A program made the translations under genes and the position numbers. DNA of 62,993 nucleotides, the filler included, from Squatina squatina (Eukaryota): NCBI GenBank assembly GCA_031763465.1. It is 15 parts of one record of this genome, joined end to end, with 100 filler letters (N's around TTAATTAATTAA, not from the genome) between each part and the next. Parts side by side here need not be neighbours in the genome. Positions count along the whole stretch, not along the records: positions 1 to 5,293 come from JARFOE010000007.1; positions 5,394 to 10,882 come from JARFOE010000007.1; positions 10,983 to 21,347 come from JARFOE010000007.1; 12 more parts are not named here. One strand, written 5' to 3'. Below the pieces are notes generated by a model, which was not told the origin of the DNA, made no database searches, and worked only from the letters and a program-made list of their open reading frames with translations. Shown in pieces: positions 1 to 12,548 of the stretch. Positions within the stretch are counted from its first letter, which is position 1. Every line of letters starts with the position of its first letter.

Positions 1-922
1 TATATTTTCAAACTCTACACATTTATAACACCTTTATAATACCGTCTTTGAAAGTCATAGCAAAAACATCTTATAGCGAGGGATGTGCTTTTACAGAGGT
101 GTTCTTATGTATACAGTTTGTTTATTAACAAAATAAGCATCTGTTAACCAATCCTTATTACACCATAAAGGTCATGGTGGCTGGGAATATTATACTGAAT
201 GGAGGCAGAAATGAAAACGGTTCTTTAAACCTTTATATTTGTAAATAGCCTTGTTTCTATATAAAGACTCATTAATTCATTTAATGTAAATATATCAGTG
301 GATTCATCTATTAGGATGTGTTATCCTTTCCCCCTCTCAATATATGTTAAACCGAGTTTTAATTCTTTAAGTCAGTTTTAATTCACCGAATGATGTGGCA
401 CTGATGCCAGCCCCATTTAGGTAAATTAGGGGTTAATGAAGAGAGCAGCAGTGAGAATGAATTCTGTTTCCAAGTTCCTATTACTGTCTGTTAGTATTAG
501 CGACTGTCACCCAACGCCCACGTGCCAGAAGTATAAGCCAGAAACGTCATTTTCCATGTGTAATTGAAGTACGAATAAATGAAGTGGAAAGACACTGTCT
601 AATCTGATCAACATGTAGAATGGTATTTTGACATGTAAATTATACCCTTCCTATATATATTTTTTTTCAAATTACACTCTCTCCTGTCATGTTTTTGTTT
701 CAGTTTAAATCGCATCTTAATCTCCCATCTCTCAATAATTATGCCATCATTCTCCTGCTCCTAGCACTGTATAATGGTATTTTATATGATGTGTCATTCA
801 TTATTAACTAAAGTCTGTAAAGNNNNNNNNNNNNNNNNNNNNNNNNNNNNNNNNNNNNNNNNNNNNNNNNNNNNNNNNNNNNNNNNNNNNNNNNNNNNNN
901 NNNNNNNNNNNNNNNNNNNNNN

Positions 923-1480
923 CTTCGCTTAAAGGGGAGGGGCGCTGCACACTGTGCAAGGCCTCTGATGGCCTCCGCTGGACCAGCAGGGCAGCGTGGG
1001 ACTGGGCCTACAGACTGGCACCCAAAACGGAGTGCCGGGCTGCATGATGGCGGCCCGGACTACGGAAAAAAAACAGGTTAGTGAGCCGACCCAAGTGTCG
1101 GCAAAAAAAAATGCGAAGATGACAGCGCGCGGGGTGACCTCCCCTTTAACTTCCGCCCCACGTGCGGATGTCAGTCATCTTCGCGACCCGCGAAGCTGGC
1201 GTTGACACCCGCACGCGCCAGCCTATATCCCCTGAGGGGTGGTAAGGGGTTGGCGCGCGGCGCTGAGGGGTCAGTTCGCTCAGCGATTACATCATCGGCG
1301 GTTGTCCGGCAGGCTGGGGTGCTACCGGGGCGTGGTGCGGCCATGACAGCACCTCTGCAAACTCGCGGGCAATTTCCCACGAGTGGGTAGCGCCCCCTCA
1401 GCGAAAAGGGCCCTGCGTCCCATTAGCCCCCACCCCGGTGGCACTAACAGGCCTCTGAAAAAGGGGCACTTTGGCCCCCA
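923..1480. repeat. GC/CpG-rich MITE-like repeat next to a gap
   Basis: Abrupt GC-rich block ending in aaggggcactttggcccc; similar GGGGC...GCCCC termini at about 12565, 50180 and 61583. Confidence 0.5.
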
Positions 1481-4389
1481 GATGATTGATGCATATTTCT
1501 TAACTCTCTCTCTCTCTCTCTCTTTCTCTCTGAACTCTTTTCCCTTACGCTCTTTTAGCGGCAACTCTGATATCCCACCCAATGTTGCAAACAAAGCTCA
1601 TTGCACACCTTTCCTGCTCTAACCCATTCTTTCCCAGGATTTCTTCCAGATTCTTCCCCAGTAAAAAGTGTTCAGGATTTNNNNNNNNNNAAACCCACAA
1701 ATCTGCACAACAGAATTTGTTTTTAAAACATCGCAATCGCTTGGTGCAGGACAGCTCAGCATCCATTAGTGGTGATGTGGTTTGTGCCATAATTCACCTC
1801 CTAACCACTTACACAGCAGCTCACTGAACAGCCAGACCTTGTCCTCAACTGGATGTGCCCCATACATCATTACAGCGCAGCAATAGCGGCAGCGATTTAC
1901 ATGATGTATTGGACACGGTACTTCACAGACTTGTTAACAAGACTTCAGGATAAAAAAATTCAAATTTACATATAAAATTATACAAAGGTAATGTTGCTGG
2001 TATATCAGGATATCTGGATTAATAAGGGACCACAAATCACTTCCATGGTTTGAAAAGCAATGATATTATTGAGAGTGAATGATCGAAAGTGGCAGTTAAA
2101 TCTACGTAACAAAGGGGCTATTAGTCGTGTCATTAATGCATCATTTTGTGCACGCGTNNNNNNNNNNNNNNNNNNNNNNNNNNNNNNNNNNNNNNNNNNN
2201 NNNNNNNNNNNNNNNNNNNNNNNNNNNNNNNNNNNNNNNNNNNNNNNNNNNNNNNNNCCACTGGCAGCCGTGCCTTTAGCCATCTCGATTCTAGGTTCTG
2301 GAATTCCCTCTCCAAACCTCTATGCCTCTCCACCTCACTCTCCTGCTTTAAGACGCTCCTTAAAACCTACCTCTAGACCAAGCATTTGGTCACATCTCCT
2401 AATATCTTCTTTTTGGCTCGGTGTCAGTTTTTGCCAGATTACACTCCTTTTATTGAGCTATATAAATACAGGTTCTTGTTGGTGTAATTAAGCTGTGTTT
2501 ACTTATCTGGAGTTGACTTTTCATTCATTCATTCATTCATTGAATATAAAGTCCACTCAGGAAGATTTCCACCATTTAATAAAGAAAATGATCCTGTAAT
2601 TACATTGTATTTGATTTGCTTTTCAATATGGAGACTCAATTTTATTCAATTGAGATTTTGGCTATTCACCCTTCTAATTGTTGCCATTTTAGATTTCTCT
2701 TCACTTAATCTACTTTCTTTTTGCTATCAGAAATAGATTTGGTTGGGTATGATAATCATTGAAACTGATTTTTTAACGTCTAAAATAAGGCAATTAGATC
2801 TGATATGTCAGGTACGCAAATACCCAGTAATGTACCGAGAACAGCTGGATATTTGTTAAATAGCATTAAGAATAGATTTTGGGGGTGAATTAATCTATGC
2901 CGCAGATGATTACCAATTGAATTATCAACATTATAAATTGCCATCTGTTTCTTTCTTTGAAACATATGCATATGTATTAAGGAAATAATGTGATTTCATC
3001 TGGGAAAATTTCCAAGAGCTATTATATGCATATGGAACATGACTATCTACTTCACATAGCTGATGTAGTCTCATGAAATCTGAAGTTCTTGCCCGCAAAA
3101 TGCAATCCACTATCATTCAAATTATTCAAATNNNNNNNNNNNNNNNNNNNNNNNNNNNNNNNNNNNNNNNNNNNNNNNNNNNNNNNNNNNNNNNNNNNNN
3201 NNNNNNNNNNNNNNNNNNNNNNNNNNNNNNNACTCTGAGTCCTTCCACCTTATAATGAGGTACAAAGCAGGGTAAGATGTAAGTGAATAAAAGGAACTTT
3301 TAAAAGTTAGAATCCAAGGCAATCAAACTCGTTATTCTAGGCAACAACAAAAAAGCCTTTTACACTGCAAATCTTTTGATGATGATAAAGCTGGTATGTG
3401 AGATTCACTGGGGTGTCTGTCAGAAACAATACAGTGCCAAGGTCTGCTCCCAGCACAAAGGGAGATTCATGCNNNNNNNNNNGTGATTTCATTGATTGAT
3501 GTTCAAAGGTTGGCAGCGACATCTAAAGGGTCACAGCCTTCAAAGTTTTAAATCCTTTAAAAGTTCAAACACACCTACTACTATCTGCAGATGCACTTGC
3601 TCATACTACAGACTGCCCCAGCAGTAACTCCTGATCTACTTAGCAGGCAGTACTTTGAATCTCCAGGCAGGTATCAGCAAGGGTGAAATACTACATCCTT
3701 AGTCTTCCATGGGAAAAAAAAAATCTCGTTTGACCTTTGTTACAAAGAAGGTTTCTGTTCAATTTTTAAGAGTCAAGATTTAAAGAAATATTGCCCCATA
3801 GATTTTTTTCTGACATCTAAATGGGAGGTTAAAAATGTTCGCTCCTTTGTGCCAGATATTAAAGTTTATGCAGTGATGATGAGTTTCAGAGTACATGTAC
3901 TCCTGGTGCTGACCTCTGCTAGATGCCTCCTACCTCTGGCAGAGCAAGAGCGGAAAACAAAAGGCAGACGTGGGTGCTGCATCAGGTACTTGCGAACTTG
4001 GCCTCTATTGCGAAAGCTTGCAAATCATGAAACCTAGAAAGACCCTGTTTAAAAAAATCTTGTTTTTAATCGGTATGAAATATAAGATTACATGCACTTC
4101 TCTAAATAACAAGCACAGTATTGTGTTAAGCAGCTAATCATGGCATAATATCAGTTCTGAGTTCTTGAGCAGGAAAAACTAGGAAAACTTGCCAAAAATT
4201 GGACACTGACAGAAACCTGCTGATGTCACTGTGGGCCGAAGTTAACGTCCGTCTAAAATAATAGTGNNNNNNNNNNNNNNNNNNNNNNNNNNNNNNNNNN
4301 NNNNNNNNNNNNNNNNNNNNNNNNNNNNNNNNNNNNNNNNNNNNNNNNNNNNNNNNNNNNNNNNNNTAAGACGGATTTCGTAGAAATTT

Positions 4390-5293
4390 ATAGAACACAA
4401 AATCCATTGTTACAACTTCATAGATTTTAAGCAGACCTTTTACGGTGTATGGGCGTGAGAGATGGGCAAGTCTTGAGGATGTAGGATATTCCTGAGAAAC
4501 TTGTCAAGCTGATAGAAAAATCTATGACATGTCCCTGAGCACTGTTCGAGTGCATAGGAAGCTGATGGAATGCATTAGATCAAGAATTGGGGTGAGACAA
4601 GGATGCACACTGCCACCTGATTTATTTAATCTCGTGCTGGAAGTAGGAATGAAGCTTGCATTTACAGATGATATTGGAGGAGTCTCCTTATACGGCAAGA
4701 TTTTAAACAATCTCAGATTTGCTGATGACATTGACCTCATAGCGACATCTAAAACAGACTTGCAGAGACTAACTGTTAAGGTCTACGCTAAGAATAGAAC
4801 ATTTGAATAACAAAGACGACAAAGGTAATGTCATTTGGGAAGCATCAGGACTATGTACACATTACAGGTGGAGGGAATGACGTTTACCAGGTTTGTGTAC
4901 CTTGGTGGATTAGTGGCAGAGAATTGGAGTTATGAAGAAGACATTAAAAGGATTGGACTTGCTTCTGCTGCTTTTGGAAAATTAAGCCAGAAATGGAACA
5001 CTAAAGATATTTCAATAAAAATGAAAGCAAGAGCTTATGAAGCGGTTTCTCTCCATATAATTATATGGATCAAAGTGTTTGAACATGAGTAAAGCTGACT
5101 AGCAGAGACAAGTTGGTTGAGAGAAATACCAAGAGTATCCAGGATGCAAAGAATCAAGAATGATAAAATAACATGGCTTGGACAAGAAACAACGCTTATA
5201 CAGGAGATCCAAGAAAGATGACTGCAATGGTTTGGGTATGTTTCAAGAATGGAAGCAGCTAGAATACCTTTCATGGCCCTGCAGGCAGAGATA
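4390..5293 (+). mobile_element. RTE-clade LINE reverse-transcriptase fragment, degenerate
   Basis: FIDFKQ, GVRQGCTLPPDLFNLVLE, NNLRFADDIDLIA, FVYLGG...IKRIGLASAAFGKL and LQWFGYVSRM motifs with frameshifts. Confidence 0.88.
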
Positions 5294-5393
5294 NNNNNNN
5301 NNNNNNNNNNNNNNNNNNNNNNNNNNNNNNNNNNNNNTTAATTAATTAANNNNNNNNNNNNNNNNNNNNNNNNNNNNNNNNNNNNNNNNNNNN
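5294..5393. other. Artificial scaffolding linker 44N-TTAATTAATTAA-44N (14 copies in the window)
   Basis: The identical 12-mer, with stops in all six frames, is centred in 100-bp N blocks starting at 5338, 10927, 21392, 25750, 28498, 30618, 32555, 34107, 38718, 40071, 43122, 47805, 51819 and 59764. Confidence 0.97.
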
Positions 5394-5784
5394 CTACGTA
5401 GATGCAAGTCTTTTTTTTTTCTTTCTCTCTCTCGGCTGGATGTAAAAGGCCCCGTGGCCACTATTCCGCTTAAGAGCAGGGGGGAGTTCTCCCCGGTGTC
5501 CTGGGGCCAATATTGATCCCTCAACCAATGTCACTAAAAAAGATCTTTCAGCTCATTTTCTCCTGTGGGATATTACTTTGTGCAAATATAACAACTTCAA
5601 TAGCAGAGAACAGTCATTTCTATAGAACCTTTCTTCCTGTCCTGAGGTGGTGAAAGGTTATATATAAATGCAAATCTTTCTTTTTTGACCAGATCTTGAA
5701 TTATTTGATCAGACATTGAGTTATTTAACCATGTACTGAATTATTTAAGTACACATGAGACTTCACAGGGTCTGGGGTGCTTAC

Positions 5785-6040
5785 CTGGTGCCAAGATCAA
5801 TGTAGGGTTGTCCCTTTGGTTTTATTCTTCTTACTGTTTTTTGTTGCAACTGCTATCTCTAACGTGTGGAAGAGGCTGAAGTGCACTAGTTTGCAGCTGC
5901 TTGTGCTGCGAGCTGTCGGGTGTGAGCAGCAGGCGCTCGCGCTGAGCCTGGTGCAATGTTTGCTGCGGATGGATGTTAGCAGGTAGCTGGCTGGCTGGCA
6001 CGCACTCTGCTCCTTTTACTCTCTCCACATGATGTGTATG
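5785..6040 (-). other. Candidate non-coding first exon of an unidentified leftward transcript
   Basis: Minus-strand CAG|GTAAGC donor at 5785/5784, about 250 nt from the CpG cluster; no recognisable protein. The 5' boundary is approximate. Confidence 0.4.
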
Positions 6041-6160
6041 TATTGCACTCCCTCCCTCCGCGCGCTCGCGCAACGACGTCATGGCCGCGGAGCGCGCGGC
6101 CTCGGGGGCGCGGGCTGGGAGATCTCTGGCGCTCTTCCTCTTGCAAAGTAAACCCGAAGG
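5900..6160. promoter_or_regulatory. CpG-rich promoter-like segment, possibly bidirectional
   Basis: Dense CpG cluster (ccgcgcgctcgcgcaacgacgtcatggccgcggagcgcgcggcctcgggggcgcggg) in sequence that does not look repetitive, with a CRE-like GACGTCA. Splice donors lie on both sides (minus strand at 5785/5784, plus strand at 6732/6733). Confidence 0.6.
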
Positions 6161-6959
6161 CAATACTCAACAAATTATCGACAAGTGTAACACAGAAATG
6201 CTACGGTGGGTTTCTACCATTTCCCCCAGATAAAGTGCAAATAATCCCTAATTTTTTTTTTGGACACAATTGCTGTGAGGGCGGTGGCAGTTTTTTTTTC
6301 GCTCCCTTCTAAGGTTCAGGATAGTTCTATGAGGCTTTCTGCAAGTTTTGCTAATTGAGGGAAGTTGCACCGCGAACCCTGAGTATGTTCCTTCTTATGT
6401 TAACAGTGCCATGTGCCTATCTATGGATGCTTTGGTTTTCGCCTGTTTCGTGTGAGACAGAAAGTTTAATTTACTAGTTTATCGTATGATACAACTCCTG
6501 ATAAATTTTTACTTCATTAACAATTAATCGTTTTCATAGCGTATGAGGATGGATGTGTTTTTTTAAATATAAATCTATACAGTAGGGGTACAACGAACTG
6601 ATCATGAGGAGGAGCTGTGAGACACGATTCACAGACAAGTCGTGCACGGACCTGTTAACTGAATTATGGTTAGGGCGACGAGTGGGATCCAGATACTATC
6701 CCAGGACACCTCATCGTGTGTCCACGTGTTAGGTAAGTAATGAAAATAGGCAAGTTGAAATTAAATATTAAACACAAACTGTATTGACAGGCGGACTGGT
6801 TCCAGAAACATCAGTGTGAAATACATTTTTATTTTGCAGTGGAATGTGACACCCTCCCTATATAAGATAAACACAACGATGCTATTCAATGTTCAGACCT
6901 AGTTTATTACCATCTGCAAAGATTTTCCTGAAAACTTGTAGCATAGTAATAATACATCA

Positions 6960-7272
6960 TCAGTGTGCCCCATCTTTCAGATGAGACAATAAACTGAGGT
7001 GAGCAAGGATCCCATGGCACTATTTTAAAGAACAGCACAGGGGAGTTAACCCTGGTGTCCTTGCCAATATTTATCCCTCAACCAACATCACTAAAAAAAG
7101 GTTATTTGGTCATTTATCTCATTGCTGATTGTGGGACCTTGTGTGCAAATTGGTTGCCGCGTTTCCTACAGTACAACAGTGACTACATTTCAAAAAATTA
7201 TTCCATCAACTGCAAAAGTACTTTGGGACATCCTGAGGCTGTGAAAGGTACTATATAAATGCAAGTATTTCT
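6960..7272 (+). mobile_element. Deu-domain SINE copy (others at about 5435-5685, 40968-41175 and 18470-18545)
   Basis: gatcccatggcactatt...tttatccctcaaccaacatcactaa...gtgaaaggtactatataaatgcaag, shared among several loci in the window. Confidence 0.75.
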
Positions 7273-7274
7273 TA

Positions 7275-7995
7275 TTGGGTTGATCTGGCTCTTAGAATAA
7301 CAGCATGTTAATGATGCACACCTTTATTAATGTGCAAATGGGCCAGCAAATTCAGGATGAAGAGTTACGGCATGGGTTGTGAATCTCCAGAATTGGCTGG
7401 CCAATTTCTGCCACTCCACCATTTGCATCGCTCAAATGGCATCTCGCCCTTAGCCTCTGAAATTGCACATTAATTGTCCATTAAACTCTGCAGAAAGTTA
7501 GGGCTGGAATTTAACAGCACAAGTACTTTTTAAACTACACCATAATTGTTAATGCAATGCCAATTGACCTCTCTGTCCCCAAAAGGGAACAATTTAGACT
7601 GTTCAGTTTCATTCCTGCATGTAGTCAATTGTTGTTAAGAGATTTTTAAAATGTCAAATTAAAAAAAAAAAATTTCCTTTCTACCTCTTTTTTTCTCTCA
7701 ATCCTTTCTCTCAATTCTTTCCCTCATTATTTCATTTTCTGTACCTGATTTGACTTTAATTTAACCTCCTCTCTCGTTCCTCTGTTTCTTTCTCAATCCT
7801 TAAACCTCATTGGTTAAGTAGACACACTGTCAGTTCTGTCGTTCATCAAGGTCCAAGTTGCCTTTGCCACACCTTTATCAGCTCACATTCCCAGCAACTT
7901 ACAAGGAAAAATATTTTCAAGCTGAAGGATGCAGGACAAAGTCTAACCATCAGCGCATGCCACGAGTTGCCCTGCTCCAGCAAAATTTGGGCCAC
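7275..7995. repeat. Interspersed non-autonomous repeat; paralogous copy at 9914-10455
   Basis: Shared blocks (cattaaactc..cagaa, tctgtacctgatttgact, atcagctc.ca.tcccagc, ttttcaagctgaagg, gctccagcaa) in the same order in both copies. Confidence 0.7.
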
Positions 7996-8209
7996 CCTGC
8001 TTGCAATGGATAACACATTCCTTCAAAGGTGCATCAGCTGGACAGGATGCAGCATTGGATGCCGTGGTTCACTTGAGGACAAGCCAAAATAGACAGCACC
8101 CATCTGGGCATCACGGTTCCTCATATCAAGCTCACAGCCTATATTAAGCAAAATTTTTCATGAAAGCGAAAAGGTTTTGGAGGTAAATTTAACAATAAAC
8201 AAGGCCAGA

Positions 8210-8466
8210 ACCAATATCCTCACAGTGGGGTTTGCTAGTGCTGCTGGGGAGGGTTAAAACTAGTTGGCAGGGGGAAGGGAACTTGAGAGTAGGTTCAGAA
8301 GGGAGAGAAGCAAAGATGGAAATGGAAGGCAGAAAATTACTAAGTGAGTTTGGAAGGCAGAGGAAAGGATAGAAAATAGACAACAAGGGAGTTTGGCAGG
8401 GCTAAATGTGAGAGAGGAAGTGTTAAGAGGTTTAGCATCTCTGAAAGTGGACAAATCCCCAGGCCT
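8210..8466 (+). mobile_element. CR1 LINE fragment
   Basis: EEVLRGLASLKVDKSPG motif, typical of the CR1 ORF2 region before the RT domain. Confidence 0.6.
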
Positions 8467-10616
8467 TGGCTCTGGGCAGTCTAAGCCTTGAATACCCAAA
8501 ACAAGTGTTGGACAATGGGCCTGTCCCTTGTCTCCGGGTATCTTAACACTTGTATCCTTTTGATTGTATCCCTTAGAAGTAGTTTCCTGCTCCCCCACCC
8601 CCACAGAGGCCAGAGGGCAGCTTCTGGAATGTTCTGAACACACCCAGCATTCATACAGCACAGTATTGATTATTAACAGACAGTTTTGTTTAACTGACTT
8701 ACAACATCAACAATGATGAATAATGCGTTAAACACTAACAAAATGGCATATTAACAATTCTCCAATTAACAATACAAAAGGCCAATCCTTATAGAGTAGT
8801 GTGAGTCAACTCTCATAAAACTAAGATGCTGAGACCATTTACAGGAGTGAATAACACCACTGAATTCAAGAAGGTATCGACTGCAGATGCAAATTCATAA
8901 CAAATTATGCTGTCTGACCTGCTGTGTATTTCCAGTATTTTCTGATTTTTGTTTCAGATTATAAGCATTTGTAATATTTCCTTTTGATTTTAACATTCTT
9001 CTATGTTGATTGTGAATTCCTGGGCTTGAAATGTGTTAATATTGTCAATTTTATTTAACGTGTGAGGGTACCTCAAAAAATCTAGTGTGCTTTGCTGTAT
9101 CTTTTCAGTTGTGTGCTTTCGCACATAATGGCCCAAACTTTGTGGTCAATGGCAAAGCAAAGGCATTTGCCACTGTTCCTGAAGAAAACTACCCAGAAAT
9201 CTTGTGTTGCGCAAGTATAATGGTGAATCTCTAACACGATCTGCTGTGACATCACAAGCTGTCCAAGCAGCCAACCACATTGCAGAATTCTCACAGAGAG
9301 GGAAGCAGGAAATGAGAGCCTGCTTTTATCTCGACTTTTTTTAAATGTTACAGATTGGGACTCTTGCATGGGAATATGGTAATCCTGAAATAAATATGAA
9401 CACGTTTTTAAAAATATAATTTTTTTTTATAAAGCTTCTTAAAATTTGACACTCCACAAAATTAAAATTAATTTTTCAGGGCTATAATGTTTGTTTAGTA
9501 GTCAATACGCTGTTAAAACTGTAGTTACACCTAATCTAACAAAGCCTAACATTTAATGGGGTATTTAACATCAATATCACTGCAGAAAAGCCCAAGGGCG
9601 CCCAATTAGACTGCCCTAAGTTTCTGGCGATAACAGATGAAGTGGGGAGTGCTAAGTTCAGGTCTTTGAAATTTTTTTTAAAGTCCAGCAATTTGACACT
9701 TAGAAAAAAACTCACCGACAGTTTTAAAAATGTGCTAATCTCAGCGCTGAAGCCCATACTTAGCGCTGATTATCTTAGTTTATTTCAGCAGGCGAATTCT
9801 GGGACGGATCTAANNNNNNNNNNNNNNNNNNNNNNNNNNNNNNNNNNNNNNNNNNNNNNNNNNNNNNNNNNNNNNNNNNNNNNNNNNNNNNNNNNNNNNN
9901 NNNNNNNNNNNNNGCACATTCATTTCCCATTAAACTCGCCGCAGAATGTTAAGGTTGGTAATTAAGAGCGTAAGTACCTTTCTTAAACGGTGTGTTAATG
10001 CAATCCCAATCAACCTCTCTGACCTAGAAGGAGATCAATTTAAACTGGACTCTCCTTCCTTCAGGTGGTAAATTGTTATGAAGAGATTTTAAAAACATTA
10101 AATTACAATTTTTTTTTCCCTCTTACTTTTCCTTTCTGTCTCATTTTTTTTCTCTCTCAATCCAATCTTTCCTTCCTGCTCGCTATTTCCCTTTCTGTAC
10201 CTGATTTGACTCTAATTCATCTGATCTCCTTCTCCGTCGTTCCTCTGTTTCTGCCTCAATTCGTAAATCTCATCGCTTAAGGAGATAGACGGTCAGTCGC
10301 CAAGGTCCCAGATGCCCTGTTTCCCTCACTATCAGCTCGCAATCCCAGCCAGTTATGGCTCAGAACCTTTTCAAGCTGAAGGGGTGCAGGAAAAAAAGGT
10401 CTTAACTAACGGGGAAATGTTGCGAGATGCCCCGCTCCAGCAAGGATTCGGCCTATTAAATCTGGCATGATACCCACTGAAAGGTTGGCAAATATCATCC
10501 ACCAACTGGTATAGGCAAATTGGCTGCGATGAGACTGGAAGTAAAAGTACCTCAGCAACATCAGTTTGTGGCCAGAGTCTGTGCTTTCTTCCTCAACTTT
10601 GACCGAGCTAGTTGGG

Positions 10617-10849
10617 TAAAGTGACCACATCGGAAGAGTACTAAACTGGGACGATCAGTCTGCGCATATGCAGTCTGGTCTCCACTAGGGGTCCGCGCAC
10701 ACAGTTCTTCGCTGGAACTGTGCATGTGCAGTTGAGCGGACACGAAAAACCGGGACATTTGAGCACTTTTGAGGTAAGCGTCATGACACCGGGACACTTC
10801 CTCAAAAACTGGGACTGTCCCGACAAAACAGGGGCGTCTGCTCACCCTA
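10617..10849. mobile_element. Non-autonomous hAT (Blackjack/MER94-like) MITE, 233 bp
   Basis: Imperfect TIRs TAAAGTGACCAC... and ...CTGCTCACCCTA, internal (C)GGGAC repeats, perfect 8-bp TSD TAGTTGGG at 10609-10616 and 10850-10857. Confidence 0.8.
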
Positions 10850-10982
10850 TAGTTGGGCCTACAGCACCTGCCACAGTTTTACNNNNNNNNNNNNNNNNNN
10901 NNNNNNNNNNNNNNNNNNNNNNNNNNTTAATTAATTAANNNNNNNNNNNNNNNNNNNNNNNNNNNNNNNNNNNNNNNNNNNN

Positions 10983-11240
10983 GACCCACCGTCGATGGCC
11001 GTGCCTTCAGCCATTTAGGCCGGAAGCTCTGGAATTGCCTCCCCAAACCTCGTCGCCTCTCCAACTCTCTCGCTCCTCCTTTAAAGCGGGGCTTAAAACT
11101 GACCTTTTTGACCAAGTGTGTGGTCAGCTGTCGTAACGACTCCTTCTTTGGCTCAGTATCTATATTTGTTTGAGAACGCTCCTGTGAAGTGCCTTAGGAG
11201 CTGTTACTGTGTTAAAGGCGCTATGTAAATGTAAGTTGTT
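10983..11240 (+). mobile_element. L2 LINE 3' tail (related copies at 2258-2482 + and about 60305-60500 -)
   Basis: ggccgtgccttcagcc...ctctggaattgcctccccaaacctc...ttaaaggcgctatgtaaatgtaagttgtt; recurs in the window. Confidence 0.75.
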
Positions 11241-12144
11241 TGAAATTGTCTCAGTACAGATTACTGAAGCTGCTAGATGTGCTGCAGCCATTCTCTGGTC
11301 TACAATCTGTTCTCCGTATACTCCAGAAAACCTATACCTGATTTGACTTATTCTCACGGTTAACTGCTGGGAAAAAATTGCTGAATGAAAATATCTTATT
11401 TTCATAGCACACATTAGCAGGCGAATGCTACAAAATGCTGTGGTCTTAATTTCAGCTTTAATCAGGTGTGTATGCCACTAATTGACATGTGGGTTGCACT
11501 CAAACAGCTAATGGCTCAATTAACAAAGTTCAATGTGAAAGGTCACCAGGTCACAATATCCTCTTCAGCAGAGATCAAGTGTCATGCAGTCAGTTTTGGA
11601 TGACTAAGTCCATCAACATTTATAAGAGAAATTGCAGTGTTAATGCTTTTAACTATGGGTCAGCCGCATGGTTAAATATATTGCTGACCTTTGGCAATTC
11701 GAGGTCAGCAGTGTTAGCTTTTCACACAAAGAATAAAGTAACTCTGTCAAGTGCAATGAACTTTGCAAACCTTGGTCAAAATGCTGAAACGGAACCAGAC
11801 TAACATCGAGAGAGATCTCTCAGCTCAGGGATAGATTTCCAAATTAACCCTGAGGTTTGCTAGCAGCTAGAAGATGGAATATTAGATGATAAACCTTAAA
11901 AATACACTGCAAAAGTTGCATTCTAGAGCACAGTTACATAGATTTCAATCACGTTTGCTGAAAAATAAATGGATCTGAATTGAGGACCGAACGCTCGATT
12001 TTCCACAATAGTTACAAATGGTGGGGGAACATTGCAGGACAGGTTTTGCATCTGCCAGAGTAGTGGACATCCAACTCCAACACACCTTATGGGGTGATAC
12101 CTAATTATGTACTCCGAGGAGGAACTCACCGAGAACGCACAGGC

Positions 12145-12548
12145 CTATGAGTGACGGCTTGGTTGCATTTTCACCTCTGAGTCAGAGGTTGTGGATTAAT
12201 GCCCCACTATAGACTCGAGCACATCATCTGGGCAGTACTGAAGGAATGCTCCATTGTCAAGGTGCCACCCCTTGGTTGAGCCATTAAATCAAGGTCTTGC
12301 AAGTCTGCTTCGGTGGATGTTAATGATCCCATGACACTATTTGAAGTACGTGGAGGTGTCCTGGGTCCTCGACATTCCTCCCTCAAATTATCTGATAACG
12401 TAGTAAATTCCTATTTGTGGGACCTTGCTGTGAGCAGGTTGCTGCATTTGCCGACAAAACAACAGTGACTAAACTTCAAAAGAAGTAATCCATTGGCTGC
12501 GAAGAGGTTTGGAATGCCCTGATGTGCTATATAAATACAAGTTCTCCT
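12145..12548 (+). mobile_element. Deu-domain SINE (SacSINE1/AmnSINE1-like), near full length
   Basis: tRNA-like head (tcacctctgagtcagaggttgtgg), Deu core (gatcccatgacactatttgaag...gtgtcctg) and L2-like tail (gctatataaatacaag). Confidence 0.7.

Noticed and set aside
996..1622. Cluster of short GC-rich ORFs as a gene or CpG-island promoter
   Set aside because: Lies in a MITE-like repeat whose termini recur in the window; the peptides are unrecognisable.
3341..3393. Possible small + strand exon (ag...CTG|gtatgt)
   Set aside because: No recognisable peptide or partner exons, and the acceptor is weak.
5338..5349. Recurrent TTAATTAATTAA motif as a biological repeat, regulatory site or CRISPR-like array
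   Set aside because: Always centred between two runs of 44 N and encodes stops in all six frames; it is an assembly linker.
5831..6163. 110-aa minus-strand ORF in the CpG-rich segment
   Set aside because: Non-ATG start, no homology recognised, and GC-rich sequence is poor in stops; treated as a candidate UTR instead.
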